From an uncultured Bacteroides sp. (GTDB lineage: Bacteria > Bacteroidota > Bacteroidia > Bacteroidales > JACABE01), in contig CAZUCB010000004.1 in assembly GCA_964618755.1 (NCBI GenBank), positions 1 through 41,448 on the forward strand: a DNA stretch of 41,448 nucleotides, read 5' to 3'. Below, one piece after another: positions 1-8,586 of the stretch. The notes under the pieces were generated by a model. That model saw only the letters and a list, made by a program, of their open reading frames with translations. It had not been told where the DNA came from and did no database searches. The position numbers and the translations under genes were made by a program. How positions within the stretch are numbered: the first letter of the stretch is position 1; each line of letters starts with the position of its first letter.

Positions 1-277
1 ATTTTATTTTAACAATGTAAAATCTGAATTGTTTATTTAAGGGTTTATTTTTATATGTTCCGTAGGAACTTACTGTTAATAGCTCAATAAATGCTACTGA
101 TAATAAAGCCTCGGAGAGGCGTACTGTTTTACAGATATAAATGTTCTTATGTTTTTTAACAGATTGAATTTATTTTTAGTAGCTTTGGCAGCTAAAGAGG
201 AGTTAAACATAATGTGGTTATACAGATGTTATACCGAATACTTTGGTGCTATTAATTAACAATAATTGTAAACATAT

Positions 278-844
278 ATGGAAAGATTTTTAAAAGCGAA
301 ACATTGGCAAATTTTTATGCTGACATTTGGGATACCTTTAGTTTTAGAATTAATTCTGATACCATTTATCATTTTTAGTAAAAACTTTAAGATTATGTAC
401 ATTCTCTTTCCAATCATTACATTATTCTTTGTCGGTGGATTTTTCGGATGGTTTTGGTCGATTGGGATTGGACTTCAATACAAAGTACCAGAAGGAGTTA
501 AAATGAAAGTTAAAAAGTTTAAGACTTTCTTAATTATTCCTTTGATATACATGGTATTGTTACTTGGATTCATGATGTTCTCGTTTAGTGAAGTTTTGGA
601 TAGTGCTCAAGAAACAAGCGGTGGACTGATTGGTGGATTCATTGGCTTAATTTTTCCTTTGCATTTATTCTCTATGTTTTGTATTTTCTATTGTCTTTAT
701 TTTGTTGCAAAAACTTTCAAGACAGTAGAATTACAGAGAGAAGTAACATTTTCTGATTTTGCCGGAGAATTTTTCATAATTTGGTTCTTTCCAATTGGTA
801 TTTGGATAATTCAACCAAAGATTAATAAGATGGTTACAAATTAA
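278..844 (+). CDS. hypothetical multi-pass membrane protein
   Basis: ATG-started 188-aa ORF with about 5-6 hydrophobic segments (e.g. IFMLTFGIPLVLELILIPFIIF, FFIIWFFPIGIWIIQP). I recognise no catalytic motif. Confidence 0.5.
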   Translation: MERFLKAKHWQIFMLTFGIPLVLELILIPFIIFSKNFKIMYILFPIITLFFVGGFFGWFWSIGIGLQYKVPEGVKMKVKKFKTFLIIPLIYMVLLLGFMMFSFSEVLDSAQETSGGLIGGFIGLIFPLHLFSMFCIFYCLYFVAKTFKTVELQREVTFSDFAGEFFIIWFFPIGIWIIQPKINKMVTN

Positions 845-950
845 AAAAGTTTGATAGTAATACTCTATTCATCCTATCGTCTCGCTACGATGCTAAAAAA
901 AGACATTTTTCCAGCAGTTTGCTGTACTATCAATTAATTCACAACCACCA

Positions 951-990
951 CTTCAAATCACCAAATCTTCAAATCACCCTATCACCAAAT
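951..990 (+). repeat. short degenerate direct repeats (CTTCAAATCACC x2, then ATCACCAAAT)
   Basis: The sequence cttcaaatcaccaaatcttcaaatcaccctatcaccaaat is read directly. The related string AAATCACCAA recurs in reverse orientation at 38592-38615. Confidence 0.6.
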
Positions 991-1022
991 AAAAAGCCCC
1001 GAATATTTCTACTCGAGGCTTT
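991..1022 (-). terminator. rho-independent terminator of hydrogenase operon 1
   Basis: The minus strand reads AAGCCTCGA-GTAGAAATAT-TCGGGGCTTTTT, a GC-rich stem with one mismatch followed by a T-run. It lies 24 nt downstream of the nuoE-like stop at 1046. Confidence 0.6.
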
Positions 1023-1045
1023 CATCGTTAATAAGCATTAAATAA

Positions 1046-1522
1046 TTATTTGTATTCTGCAATAATAGCTTTTACACCATCAGGCGAAACACGTCCGTAA
1101 ACCTTTTCGCCAATAAGCACAACGGGAGCCAATCCGCAAGCACCTACACAACGCAAACAGCTTAAAGAGAATTTACCATCTTTTGAGGTTTCGCCAACCG
1201 CAATTTTCAATTCGCGTTTAAACTCTTCCAGTACTTTTTCGGCACCTCTTACATAGCAAGCCGTACCGGTACATACCGAAATAGGAAATTCGCCCTTGGG
1301 TATCATGGTAAAGAAAGAGTAAAACGTAACTACTCCATACACATGAGCAGTAGAAACATTTAATTCCCTAGCAATTATTTCCTGTACCTCGGCAGGCAGA
1401 TAACCGTACATGGTTTGGGTTTTGTGCAACACATTAATCAGTTCGCCGCCTTCGTTGTTGAAGGATTTGCAAATATCCTTTATCTTGTTTATTTTATCTT
1501 CTGATAATTTAATATTAACCAT
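1046..1522 (-). CDS. hydC: NuoE/HydC-type [2Fe-2S] subunit of the NAD(P)H-linked [FeFe]-hydrogenase
   Basis: Thioredoxin-like 2Fe-2S pattern: VTFYSFF, CTGTAC (Cx4C) and CLRCVGACGLAP (Cx3C). The track start at 1558 is a TTG overlapping hydA, so I prefer the ATG at 1522 (MVNIKLSEDK), which gives 158 aa. Confidence 0.85.
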   Translation of the reverse strand: MVNIKLSEDKINKIKDICKSFNNEGGELINVLHKTQTMYGYLPAEVQEIIARELNVSTAHVYGVVTFYSFFTMIPKGEFPISVCTGTACYVRGAEKVLEEFKRELKIAVGETSKDGKFSLSCLRCVGACGLAPVVLIGEKVYGRVSPDGVKAIIAEYK

Positions 1523-1547
1523 AACATTTATTTTTTTAAGATTGTTA

Positions 1548-3320
1548 TTACTCTTCAATAAATACTTCGTTGCTTTTGTCGAAATAGTGCGTATGCAATA
1601 AATGATGCGATTTTTCGCCGCAAGGTTTGCCTAAGAATTCATCGTAAAGTTTGATAATATCAGGATTTTCGTGCGATTTACGAATAGGTTTACCGGCGTC
1701 TTCGCGGTAAATAGAAGCAGCACGTTTTTTCAAAATTTCACTATTACCAAAGTTTAATGGTTGACCACCGCCACCGATGCATCCACCAGGGCAAGCCATA
1801 ATTTCGATAGCATGGAATTTAGAAATCCCGGCTCTAACGTCGTTCAACAATTTACGGGCATTACCCAAACCATGAGCAATACCGATATTAATTGGTAAAC
1901 CGTCAAAATCAATAGTAGCCGAACGAATACCGTCCATACCTCTTAGTTCGTTGAATTCAACTTTGTCAAGTTTTTTTCCGGTATGAACTTCGTAAGCAGT
2001 ACGACAAGCAGCTTCGATAACACCACCTGTATTCCCGAAAATAACAGCAGCACCAGTTGATTCGCCCATCGGATGATCGAAATCTTCATCAGGTAAATTC
2101 ATGAAATCAATATTGGCTTGTTTGATAAAATGAGCCAATTCGCGGGTTGATAATGAAAAGTCAACATCAGGATTGCCATCTACTTTAAACTCGTCGCGTT
2201 GACATTCGTATTTCTTAGCCAAACAAGGCATAATAGAAACCACTACCATATCTTTGCGGTTTACACCGATTTTGTCGGCAAAATAAGTTTTAGCAATAGC
2301 ACCAAACATTTGTTGAGGTGATTTAGCTGTAGATGGAATGTCTAACATATCTGAAAAATTATGTTCAAAAAAGTTAACCCAACCCGGACAGCAACTTGTT
2401 AAAATAGGTAATTTAACGGTTTTGTCACCAGCTAAGTGTTTTCCTAAACGACCCAATAATTCAGTCCCTTCTTCCATAATGGTTAAATCGGCTGCAAAAT
2501 CGGTATCAAATACATATTTGAAACCCAAACGACGCAAAGCAGCTGCCATTTTGCCTGTAACAGAAGTACCGGCTTCCATGCCAAATTCTTCGCCCAAAGC
2601 AGCACGAACAGCAGGAGCGGTTTGTACAATTACGGTTTTGGTTTTGTCAGATAAAGCTCTTATAACATTGCTGGTATGATCTACTTCGGTTAATGCACCT
2701 GTAGGACATACCGAAACACATTGACCACAATACGTACAAGGCGATTTTTCCAGATTCATTTCAAATGCAGGAGCAACTACAGAAGTAAATCCACGATTTA
2801 CAGCCGATAAAGCACCTACCGTTTGAACGTCATTACACATCATTTCGCAACGACGGCACATGATACATTTATCCACATCGCGAATAATAGAAGGAGAAGT
2901 ATCCACACGATAAGTTGATTTTTCGCCTTGGTAAGGAATTTCGCGGATGCCAAATTTCTGAGCCATTGTTTGTAATTCGCAGTTGCCCGATTTTGCACAA
3001 ATCAAGCAGTCGAACGGATGGTCAGAAAGCATAAGTTCTACAACAGTACGTCTTGTATTTAACACACGAATATTGTGAGTATCTACAACCATACCATCAA
3101 AAGCTTCGGTAGCGCAGGCAGGAGCAAGGTTTTTGCGACCTTCAATTTCCACAACACAAACGCGGCATCCACCGGGTTTGTTTTCAATTTTCATATCGCC
3201 CAATTCAAAATAACAAAGCGTAGGAATATCGATACCTACTTTTCTTGCTGCTTTCAAAACGGTGGTGCCTTTTTCTACTTCAACGATTTTATTATCTATT
3301 GTTAATTTAATCATTTCCAT
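1548..3320 (-). CDS. hydA: [FeFe]-hydrogenase catalytic subunit (multi-FeS, clostridial/bifurcating type), paralog 1
   Basis: All three canonical H-cluster motifs are present: L1 TSCCPGW, L2 MPCLAKKYE, L3 EIMACPGGCIGGGGQP. The N-terminus has a 2Fe-2S region (CRVCVVEI), a His-ligated cluster region (HPFDCLICAKSGNCELQ) and 2x CxxCxxCxxxCP. The C-terminal tail reads RKSHENP...HTHY. Confidence 0.95.
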   Translation of the reverse strand: MEMIKLTIDNKIVEVEKGTTVLKAARKVGIDIPTLCYFELGDMKIENKPGGCRVCVVEIEGRKNLAPACATEAFDGMVVDTHNIRVLNTRRTVVELMLSDHPFDCLICAKSGNCELQTMAQKFGIREIPYQGEKSTYRVDTSPSIIRDVDKCIMCRRCEMMCNDVQTVGALSAVNRGFTSVVAPAFEMNLEKSPCTYCGQCVSVCPTGALTEVDHTSNVIRALSDKTKTVIVQTAPAVRAALGEEFGMEAGTSVTGKMAAALRRLGFKYVFDTDFAADLTIMEEGTELLGRLGKHLAGDKTVKLPILTSCCPGWVNFFEHNFSDMLDIPSTAKSPQQMFGAIAKTYFADKIGVNRKDMVVVSIMPCLAKKYECQRDEFKVDGNPDVDFSLSTRELAHFIKQANIDFMNLPDEDFDHPMGESTGAAVIFGNTGGVIEAACRTAYEVHTGKKLDKVEFNELRGMDGIRSATIDFDGLPINIGIAHGLGNARKLLNDVRAGISKFHAIEIMACPGGCIGGGGQPLNFGNSEILKKRAASIYREDAGKPIRKSHENPDIIKLYDEFLGKPCGEKSHHLLHTHYFDKSNEVFIEE

Positions 3321-3340
3321 GTCTTGAATATATTTTTATA

Positions 3341-5134
3341 TTATTTTATACTAATTGCGTTAAATTTACATTTTTCCATACAAGCACCGCATTTGATACA
3401 AATATCTTGGTTAATGTAATGAGCTAGTTTTCTTTCACCGGTAATGGCATTTACAGGGCAATTGCGTGCACATGCAGTACAACCAACGCATTGTTCAGCA
3501 TCAATAATATATTGCATCAATGCTTTACATTGTCCCGAACGACATTTTTTCTCGTTGATGTGTTCTAAATACTCATCCCAAAAGTTATCTAAGGTAGAAA
3601 GTACAGGGTTTGGAGAAGTTTGACCTAAACCACACAATGAAGCATCTTTGATAACCTGGCTTAAATTTTTCAATTTGTCCAAATCAGCCATTGTACCTTT
3701 ACCTTGTGTAATAGTTTCCAGAATCTCATACAGACGTTTGTTACCAATACGACAAGGTGTACATTTACCGCAAGATTCTTCAACAGTAAAATCTAAATAG
3801 AATTTAGCAACAGAAACCATACAATCGTCTTCGTCCATTACAATCATTCCACCTGAGCCCATCATCGAACCAGCTGCAATTAAATTATCATAATCGATAG
3901 GAGTGTCAAGATGACGTTCTGTTAAGCAACCACCTGAAGGACCTCCTGTTTGTACTGCTTTAAATTTTTTACCATCTTTAATGCCACCACCAATTTCGTA
4001 TATAATTTCACGCAAAGTGATGCCCATCGGTACTTCAATTAAACCAACATTGTTGATTTTTCCGGCCAAAGCAAATACTTTTGTACCTTTTGATTTTTCA
4101 GTTCCAATGCTCGAAAACCATTCAGCACCTTTATTGATAATAACAGGAACACTTGCAAAAGTTTCTACATTGTTTACATTGGTTGGTTTTCCTAGATAAC
4201 CCGAAACAGAAGGGAAAGGAGGTTTAAATGTAGGTTCACCACGCATACCTTCCATTGAGTGAATTAATGCAGTTTCTTCACCACAAACAAAAGCACCGGC
4301 ACCGTAACGCAATTCGATATCAAAATCGAATCCACTGCCTAAAATATCTTTACCTAACAAACCATATTCTCTGGCCTGATCAATAGCAATTTTCAAACGA
4401 GTAATAGCCAAAGGATATTCAGCACGAATATATACCAAACCTTTGGTTCCGCCTATTGAATAACCACAAATAGCCATTGCTTCAATTACTGAATGAGGGT
4501 CACCTTCTAAGATAGAACGATCCATAAAAGCACCTGGGTCACCTTCGTCGGCATTACAAACTACATATTTTTGGTCAGCTTGCGATTTGCTGGTAATTTC
4601 CCATTTCAAACCAGTAGGGAATCCACCACCGCCACGACCACGTAAGCCTGATTTTTTTATGATATCAATGGTTTGTTGAGCATCCATTTCGGTAAGAACT
4701 TTACCCAATGCTTCATAACCATCGCGAGCGATATATTCATCTATATTTTCAGGATCAATAAAACCACAGTTTCTTAAAGCTATTCGAATTTGTTTTTTAT
4801 AAAATCCCATATGTTTTGAATCACTTACGTGTTCTTTGTTTTCAGGATCTTTGTACAACAATCGGGTAACTTTTCTACCTTTGATGATATGTTCTTCAAT
4901 AATTTCTCTTGCATCTCCGGGCTTTACTTCTGTATAAAAAGTATTGTCAGGCATCACTTTAACGATAGGACCTTTTTCGCAAAAACCAAAACAACCAGTC
5001 ATAACAACTTGTATCTCGTGATCCAATCCTTTTTCTATAAGGATTTCTTTTAGGTTGTCACCTACAGTTTTACTCAATGATGCATGGCAACCTGTACCTC
5101 CACATACAAGAAGATGCATTTTAAATTTTGCCAT
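3341..5134 (-). CDS. hydB: NuoF/HydB-type flavoprotein subunit, long form with extra FeS domains
   Basis: NADH/FMN site GLRGRGGGGFPTGLKWE and N3 cluster ESCGKCTPCRIG. An N-terminal thioredoxin-like 2Fe-2S domain is present (CGGTGCHAS...CFGFCEKGP). The C-terminus has 2x[4Fe-4S] (CVGCTACARNCP, CIKCGACMEKC). A strong SD, AAGGAGGAA, sits 7 nt upstream. Confidence 0.95.
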   Translation of the reverse strand: MAKFKMHLLVCGGTGCHASLSKTVGDNLKEILIEKGLDHEIQVVMTGCFGFCEKGPIVKVMPDNTFYTEVKPGDAREIIEEHIIKGRKVTRLLYKDPENKEHVSDSKHMGFYKKQIRIALRNCGFIDPENIDEYIARDGYEALGKVLTEMDAQQTIDIIKKSGLRGRGGGGFPTGLKWEITSKSQADQKYVVCNADEGDPGAFMDRSILEGDPHSVIEAMAICGYSIGGTKGLVYIRAEYPLAITRLKIAIDQAREYGLLGKDILGSGFDFDIELRYGAGAFVCGEETALIHSMEGMRGEPTFKPPFPSVSGYLGKPTNVNNVETFASVPVIINKGAEWFSSIGTEKSKGTKVFALAGKINNVGLIEVPMGITLREIIYEIGGGIKDGKKFKAVQTGGPSGGCLTERHLDTPIDYDNLIAAGSMMGSGGMIVMDEDDCMVSVAKFYLDFTVEESCGKCTPCRIGNKRLYEILETITQGKGTMADLDKLKNLSQVIKDASLCGLGQTSPNPVLSTLDNFWDEYLEHINEKKCRSGQCKALMQYIIDAEQCVGCTACARNCPVNAITGERKLAHYINQDICIKCGACMEKCKFNAISIK

Positions 5135-5156
5135 AATTTATTTCCTCCTTTTATTA

Positions 5157-5552
5157 TTATTTTTGAATACTTTCGTAATTTACAGGAATAATACCATCAA
5201 CCAACTCATTGTTTTTGATGTATTTTTCAATAATTTCGTTTGCTTTTTTCTCGTTCACATAGCCAAAAACAACTGGATCCTGATTGGGTAATGTTACTTC
5301 GATCGTAGGTTCAGCATAACAATAACCCATACAACCCGTTTGAGTAACAATAGCCTCGATGTTTCTTTTTTCAAGTTCATCAATAAAATATTCCATCACA
5401 GTTTTTGCTCCGGATGCAATACCACAAGTTGCCATAGCAACTCTAATCTGAACCAAACTCTCAGTATTATTGCCTTTTTCTCTAAGATTCAGTTTAGATT
5501 CAAGCCCTTCCTTCATCTTTCTGAGATCTGCCAAAGATTTTACTTTTGTCAT
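5157..5552 (-). CDS. small thioredoxin-like [2Fe-2S] ferredoxin subunit (HydD/HndB-like)
   Basis: 131 aa with ATCGIASGA and GCMGYCYAEP Cys pairs, and an AGGAGA SD 5 nt upstream. It occupies the position immediately before the NuoF-like gene, as in four-subunit hydrogenases. Confidence 0.8.
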   Translation of the reverse strand: MTKVKSLADLRKMKEGLESKLNLREKGNNTESLVQIRVAMATCGIASGAKTVMEYFIDELEKRNIEAIVTQTGCMGYCYAEPTIEVTLPNQDPVVFGYVNEKKANEIIEKYIKNNELVDGIIPVNYESIQK

Positions 5553-5576
5553 AATGTTCTCCTTTTTTATTATAAA

Positions 5577-6125
5577 TTAGTTTGAATAATGTATTTCTGT
5601 TAAATTCTCTTTAATCATTTCTTTTAAATATCTGATTACTTGCGGTTGGTTAATACTCATGCCATCCATAGCTTCTTTTATTTCATCCGTATCAAAAATA
5701 TATTCACCTGTTTCAGTTGTATGGGTATATATAAAGTGTATGTTTTCGTTAGCTGCAACTGTTAGTACTATTACACCGGCAATATCACCTAACATTGGTC
5801 TGTCGAAGTTATTGTGCTGGAATATTGCTGTTAACACAGTTCCCTTGCCTAAGGTAGAATCAATTGTAAAACTTCCTCCGGCTCTTTCAGCGTTCTGCTT
5901 AAACAATGGAATTCCCAATCCAACCTTGCGTGTAGTACGTGAAGTACAATAAGAATCGGTTACATTTGCTAGCATTTCTTTTGTCATTCCTTTGCCATTG
6001 TCTTTGATACTTATACTGTATATATTGTCTGCCTTATTCTCAACAATCATTATTTCAATTAAATCAGCATTTGCTACTATTGAATTTTGAACGATGTCTA
6101 ATATGTGCAAAGATAATTCTTTCAT
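5577..6125 (-). CDS. stand-alone GHKL (HATPase_c) ATP-binding protein, no DHp/His domain
   Basis: N-box-like LHILDIVQNSIVANA, G1 DNGKGM, G2 GLGIPL, then GKGTVLTAIF, plus a C-terminal extension of about 80 aa. No H-box is present. Confidence 0.75.
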   Translation of the reverse strand: MKELSLHILDIVQNSIVANADLIEIMIVENKADNIYSISIKDNGKGMTKEMLANVTDSYCTSRTTRKVGLGIPLFKQNAERAGGSFTIDSTLGKGTVLTAIFQHNNFDRPMLGDIAGVIVLTVAANENIHFIYTHTTETGEYIFDTDEIKEAMDGMSINQPQVIRYLKEMIKENLTEIHYSN

Positions 6126-6152
6126 TGTTATTATAATAACAGTTTCGGCAAT

Positions 6153-6887
6153 TTAATTTAATACTTTCCTGTTTTCTTTACCAGCCAATGCTTTCCTGAT
6201 TTCATCAAAAGAAACTTCTTCCATTTCAAATTGAGATGTAATTTCCCCAATACTATTAATAAAGTGCGAATCAGAATTTTGTAATATCGTAAAAGCATTT
6301 AAGTAAGTGTATTGTTTCAAAAACTCCAACTTTGTAATATGCTTTGTTATTTCAAAAGCATCTGCTTTAATATCTGGAGGAATAAATCCCAACTGACTTA
6401 TCAAACTGAATTTTGGGCGATTTACATGAGCCGGAATAAACAAGCCATTCAATTCATGTACTTTATCTGCTAATTCATCAATAGATATATTCAGTGCCGA
6501 ACTCAGCAATATTTCTTCTTCAGCTATAATATTTTCTTCCTCATCTACTATTAATTGATAGCCAAATCGTTTTATATCATTTTTAATTTTTGGTAAATGA
6601 GTTTCAATATATTGTTGAAAATCAAGTAATCTTTCATTATTTTCAAAGAACGTAAGGCAGTGTAATTCCTCTTTCGTTGTTATTTCTGCTCCACAAAGTA
6701 CAAAAATTCCATTTTTTTTACCAATTTCTCTGGTAACTTTGCATTGTTTTGTACTGTTATGGTCGGTTAAACCGATGATGTCAAGTTTTCTTTCTTTTGC
6801 TTTATTTATAATATTTATTGGGCTCATTTCCAAATCAGCACAAGGCGATAAAACGCTATGAATATGCAAATCAGCCCTGTAAATCAT
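6153..6887 (-). CDS. PHP-domain metal-dependent phosphoesterase
   Basis: ADLHIHSVLSPCA near the N-terminus, LTDHNS, and later AHVNRP and SDSH motifs typical of PHP (polymerase/histidinol-phosphatase) folds. Its start overlaps the upstream stop (TAATG at 6885-6889). Confidence 0.8.
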   Translation of the reverse strand: MIYRADLHIHSVLSPCADLEMSPINIINKAKERKLDIIGLTDHNSTKQCKVTREIGKKNGIFVLCGAEITTKEELHCLTFFENNERLLDFQQYIETHLPKIKNDIKRFGYQLIVDEEENIIAEEEILLSSALNISIDELADKVHELNGLFIPAHVNRPKFSLISQLGFIPPDIKADAFEITKHITKLEFLKQYTYLNAFTILQNSDSHFINSIGEITSQFEMEEVSFDEIRKALAGKENRKVLN

Positions 6888-7222
6888 TACTTTTTCAATA
6901 AGTTAAAAAGTTCTCCCGAAATTTCAAAAGCCTGTTTATTAGTTCCCAATACAGGGATATTTTCTTCATTGCTTTGAGCTGCCATGTCTTCTTCAGGTTT
7001 AAAACCTTTAACTAAAATAATTGCTGCCAATTCCTTAAGAGATGCAATTGCCATAACATTTTTATGAGTTTGCAATGTTATCCATGTACTTCCTGCTTCG
7101 GCACTTCCCATTACATCACTTAGTAAATCAGACGAATATCCATTTGTTATTTCATTTGAAAGACCTTTTTCTCCTGAAAAAATCTTTAAATCCAATGCTT
7201 TTACAATTTCTTCAACTTTCAT
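6887..7222 (-). CDS. DRTGG-like small domain protein (copy 2)
   Basis: 111 aa with SSDLLSDVMGS and AAIILVKGFKPEED segments, resembling the small DRTGG proteins I remember next to hydrogenase genes. It is a paralog of the 9002-9346 product. This is a family call from memory, not a search. Confidence 0.6.
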   Translation of the reverse strand: MKVEEIVKALDLKIFSGEKGLSNEITNGYSSDLLSDVMGSAEAGSTWITLQTHKNVMAIASLKELAAIILVKGFKPEEDMAAQSNEENIPVLGTNKQAFEISGELFNLLKK

Positions 7223-7226
7223 TTTC

Positions 7227-8579
7227 TTATTTTGTATTAAATTTATCGCCCCAAATACGTTTCATTTTTGCGATAGCTTCATTCATTGTCATACTTCCTT
7301 TTTGTTCCATAATACGCTGAATAAAAATACAATCAGTAATATCAGCTCTGCTCATTACAATGTCTTCGGCCAATGTTTGGCAGGTAGAAGCACCACACAT
7401 TCCGCAATCAGTTTTTGGTAAATACTCCATAATTTCATGCATCTTGCCCATCTTTTTGATAGCTTCCGACATATCTTCATCCAATTTTAGCATCGAACGT
7501 GGCATAATCTTGGAAACGTTCATGTTTTCAATCAGATATTTCTTGTAATTATTCAATTCTTTTGAAATACAGGATTCTTTTTTTTGATTTTCGTCAGTAG
7601 ATTTGGCTCTGTTTTTCATTCTTTCAACTGTTAGAAAGCGATTTCCACTGGTTAGCACGCCACCTGCACAACTTTCGTCGCAAGCTCTGAGTTCCAGAAA
7701 ATCTATATCTGAAATTTCTTCACTTTCTATCTTTTCCAAAAATTCTATAACATTGTGTATTTCATCAATAGCCAAAGCTCTGCCATCTGAAGTATCTCTT
7801 TCACCATTCGTTAAACTCCATAATATACCTTTTGAATCTAATTCATCTTTTTGAGGAACAGCACAGTAATCTTTTCCGTTTTGCTTGATACTTTTATATA
7901 TTTTATTGTAAATGAAATCAAGGTTAATGACCCCTGTAATAGTAGATTTTTCTTCACCAACTGGACTTTTTACTGCGGCTATCTTTGCTGCACAAGGTGT
8001 TATGTAGAATATACCAATTTCATTTTCCGTATAACCTTGTTCAGTAAGAAGTTTTTTATAGTATAAGGCTGCAATATCCAAAGGTGACTTTAATAAAATT
8101 AAATTATCAACCAAAGCAGGAAATTTAACTTGTATTAAACGTATAACTGCAGGGCAAAATGTTGAAATCAATGGTTTAATTGAAGGATTTTTTTTCTTAA
8201 AATCTTCACGGGCTTCCAACAAAAGATCAACAGTATGTTCTATTTCAAAAACATGAGTAAATCCAATTGCAATTAATTCGTTATAAATTTGTTGAGTTGA
8301 AATATTTTCCGGAAACTGTCCAATTAAAACACCTGGTACTAAAGCAATACGATAATTGTAATTAAAAATCTGCATAAAGTCATCGTGATCAACATAAATT
8401 GCATTTACCGGACAAACCCTGAAACACTCACCACAGTCAACACAACGGTTTTCAAACAAATGGGCCTTTCCATTTTTCACTCTAATAGCCTCTGTAGGGC
8501 ATACTTTAATACAGTGAGTACATCCTATGCAATTAGGCTCACTAATTTTTAAAGCATGGTGGAAATATTGTTTGTCCAT
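7227..8579 (-). CDS. H-cluster-domain-like FeS protein (putative sensory [FeFe]-hydrogenase homolog, no PAS domain)
   Basis: The N-terminus has 2x[4Fe-4S] (CIGCTHCIKVCP, CVDCGECFRVCP). The L motifs are degenerate: L1 STFCPAV, L2 ITPCAAK, L3 ELRACDESCAGG. The C-terminal motif CGMCGASTC-X16-C equals Cx2Cx4Cx16C (aa 392-417). Confidence 0.8.
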   Translation of the reverse strand: MDKQYFHHALKISEPNCIGCTHCIKVCPTEAIRVKNGKAHLFENRCVDCGECFRVCPVNAIYVDHDDFMQIFNYNYRIALVPGVLIGQFPENISTQQIYNELIAIGFTHVFEIEHTVDLLLEAREDFKKKNPSIKPLISTFCPAVIRLIQVKFPALVDNLILLKSPLDIAALYYKKLLTEQGYTENEIGIFYITPCAAKIAAVKSPVGEEKSTITGVINLDFIYNKIYKSIKQNGKDYCAVPQKDELDSKGILWSLTNGERDTSDGRALAIDEIHNVIEFLEKIESEEISDIDFLELRACDESCAGGVLTSGNRFLTVERMKNRAKSTDENQKKESCISKELNNYKKYLIENMNVSKIMPRSMLKLDEDMSEAIKKMGKMHEIMEYLPKTDCGMCGASTCQTLAEDIVMSRADITDCIFIQRIMEQKGSMTMNEAIAKMKRIWGDKFNTK

Positions 8580-8586
8580 TTTATTT

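Noticed and set aside
55-135. Two loosely similar segments (ccgtaggaacttactgtt and cggagaggcgtactgtt) and small hairpins (gttcc-gta-ggaac, gcctc-gga-gaggc) lie in the 5' non-coding leader of the window.
   Set aside because: The similarity is too weak and short to call a repeat family or an RNA. The window edge cuts off the context, so I cannot support any function.
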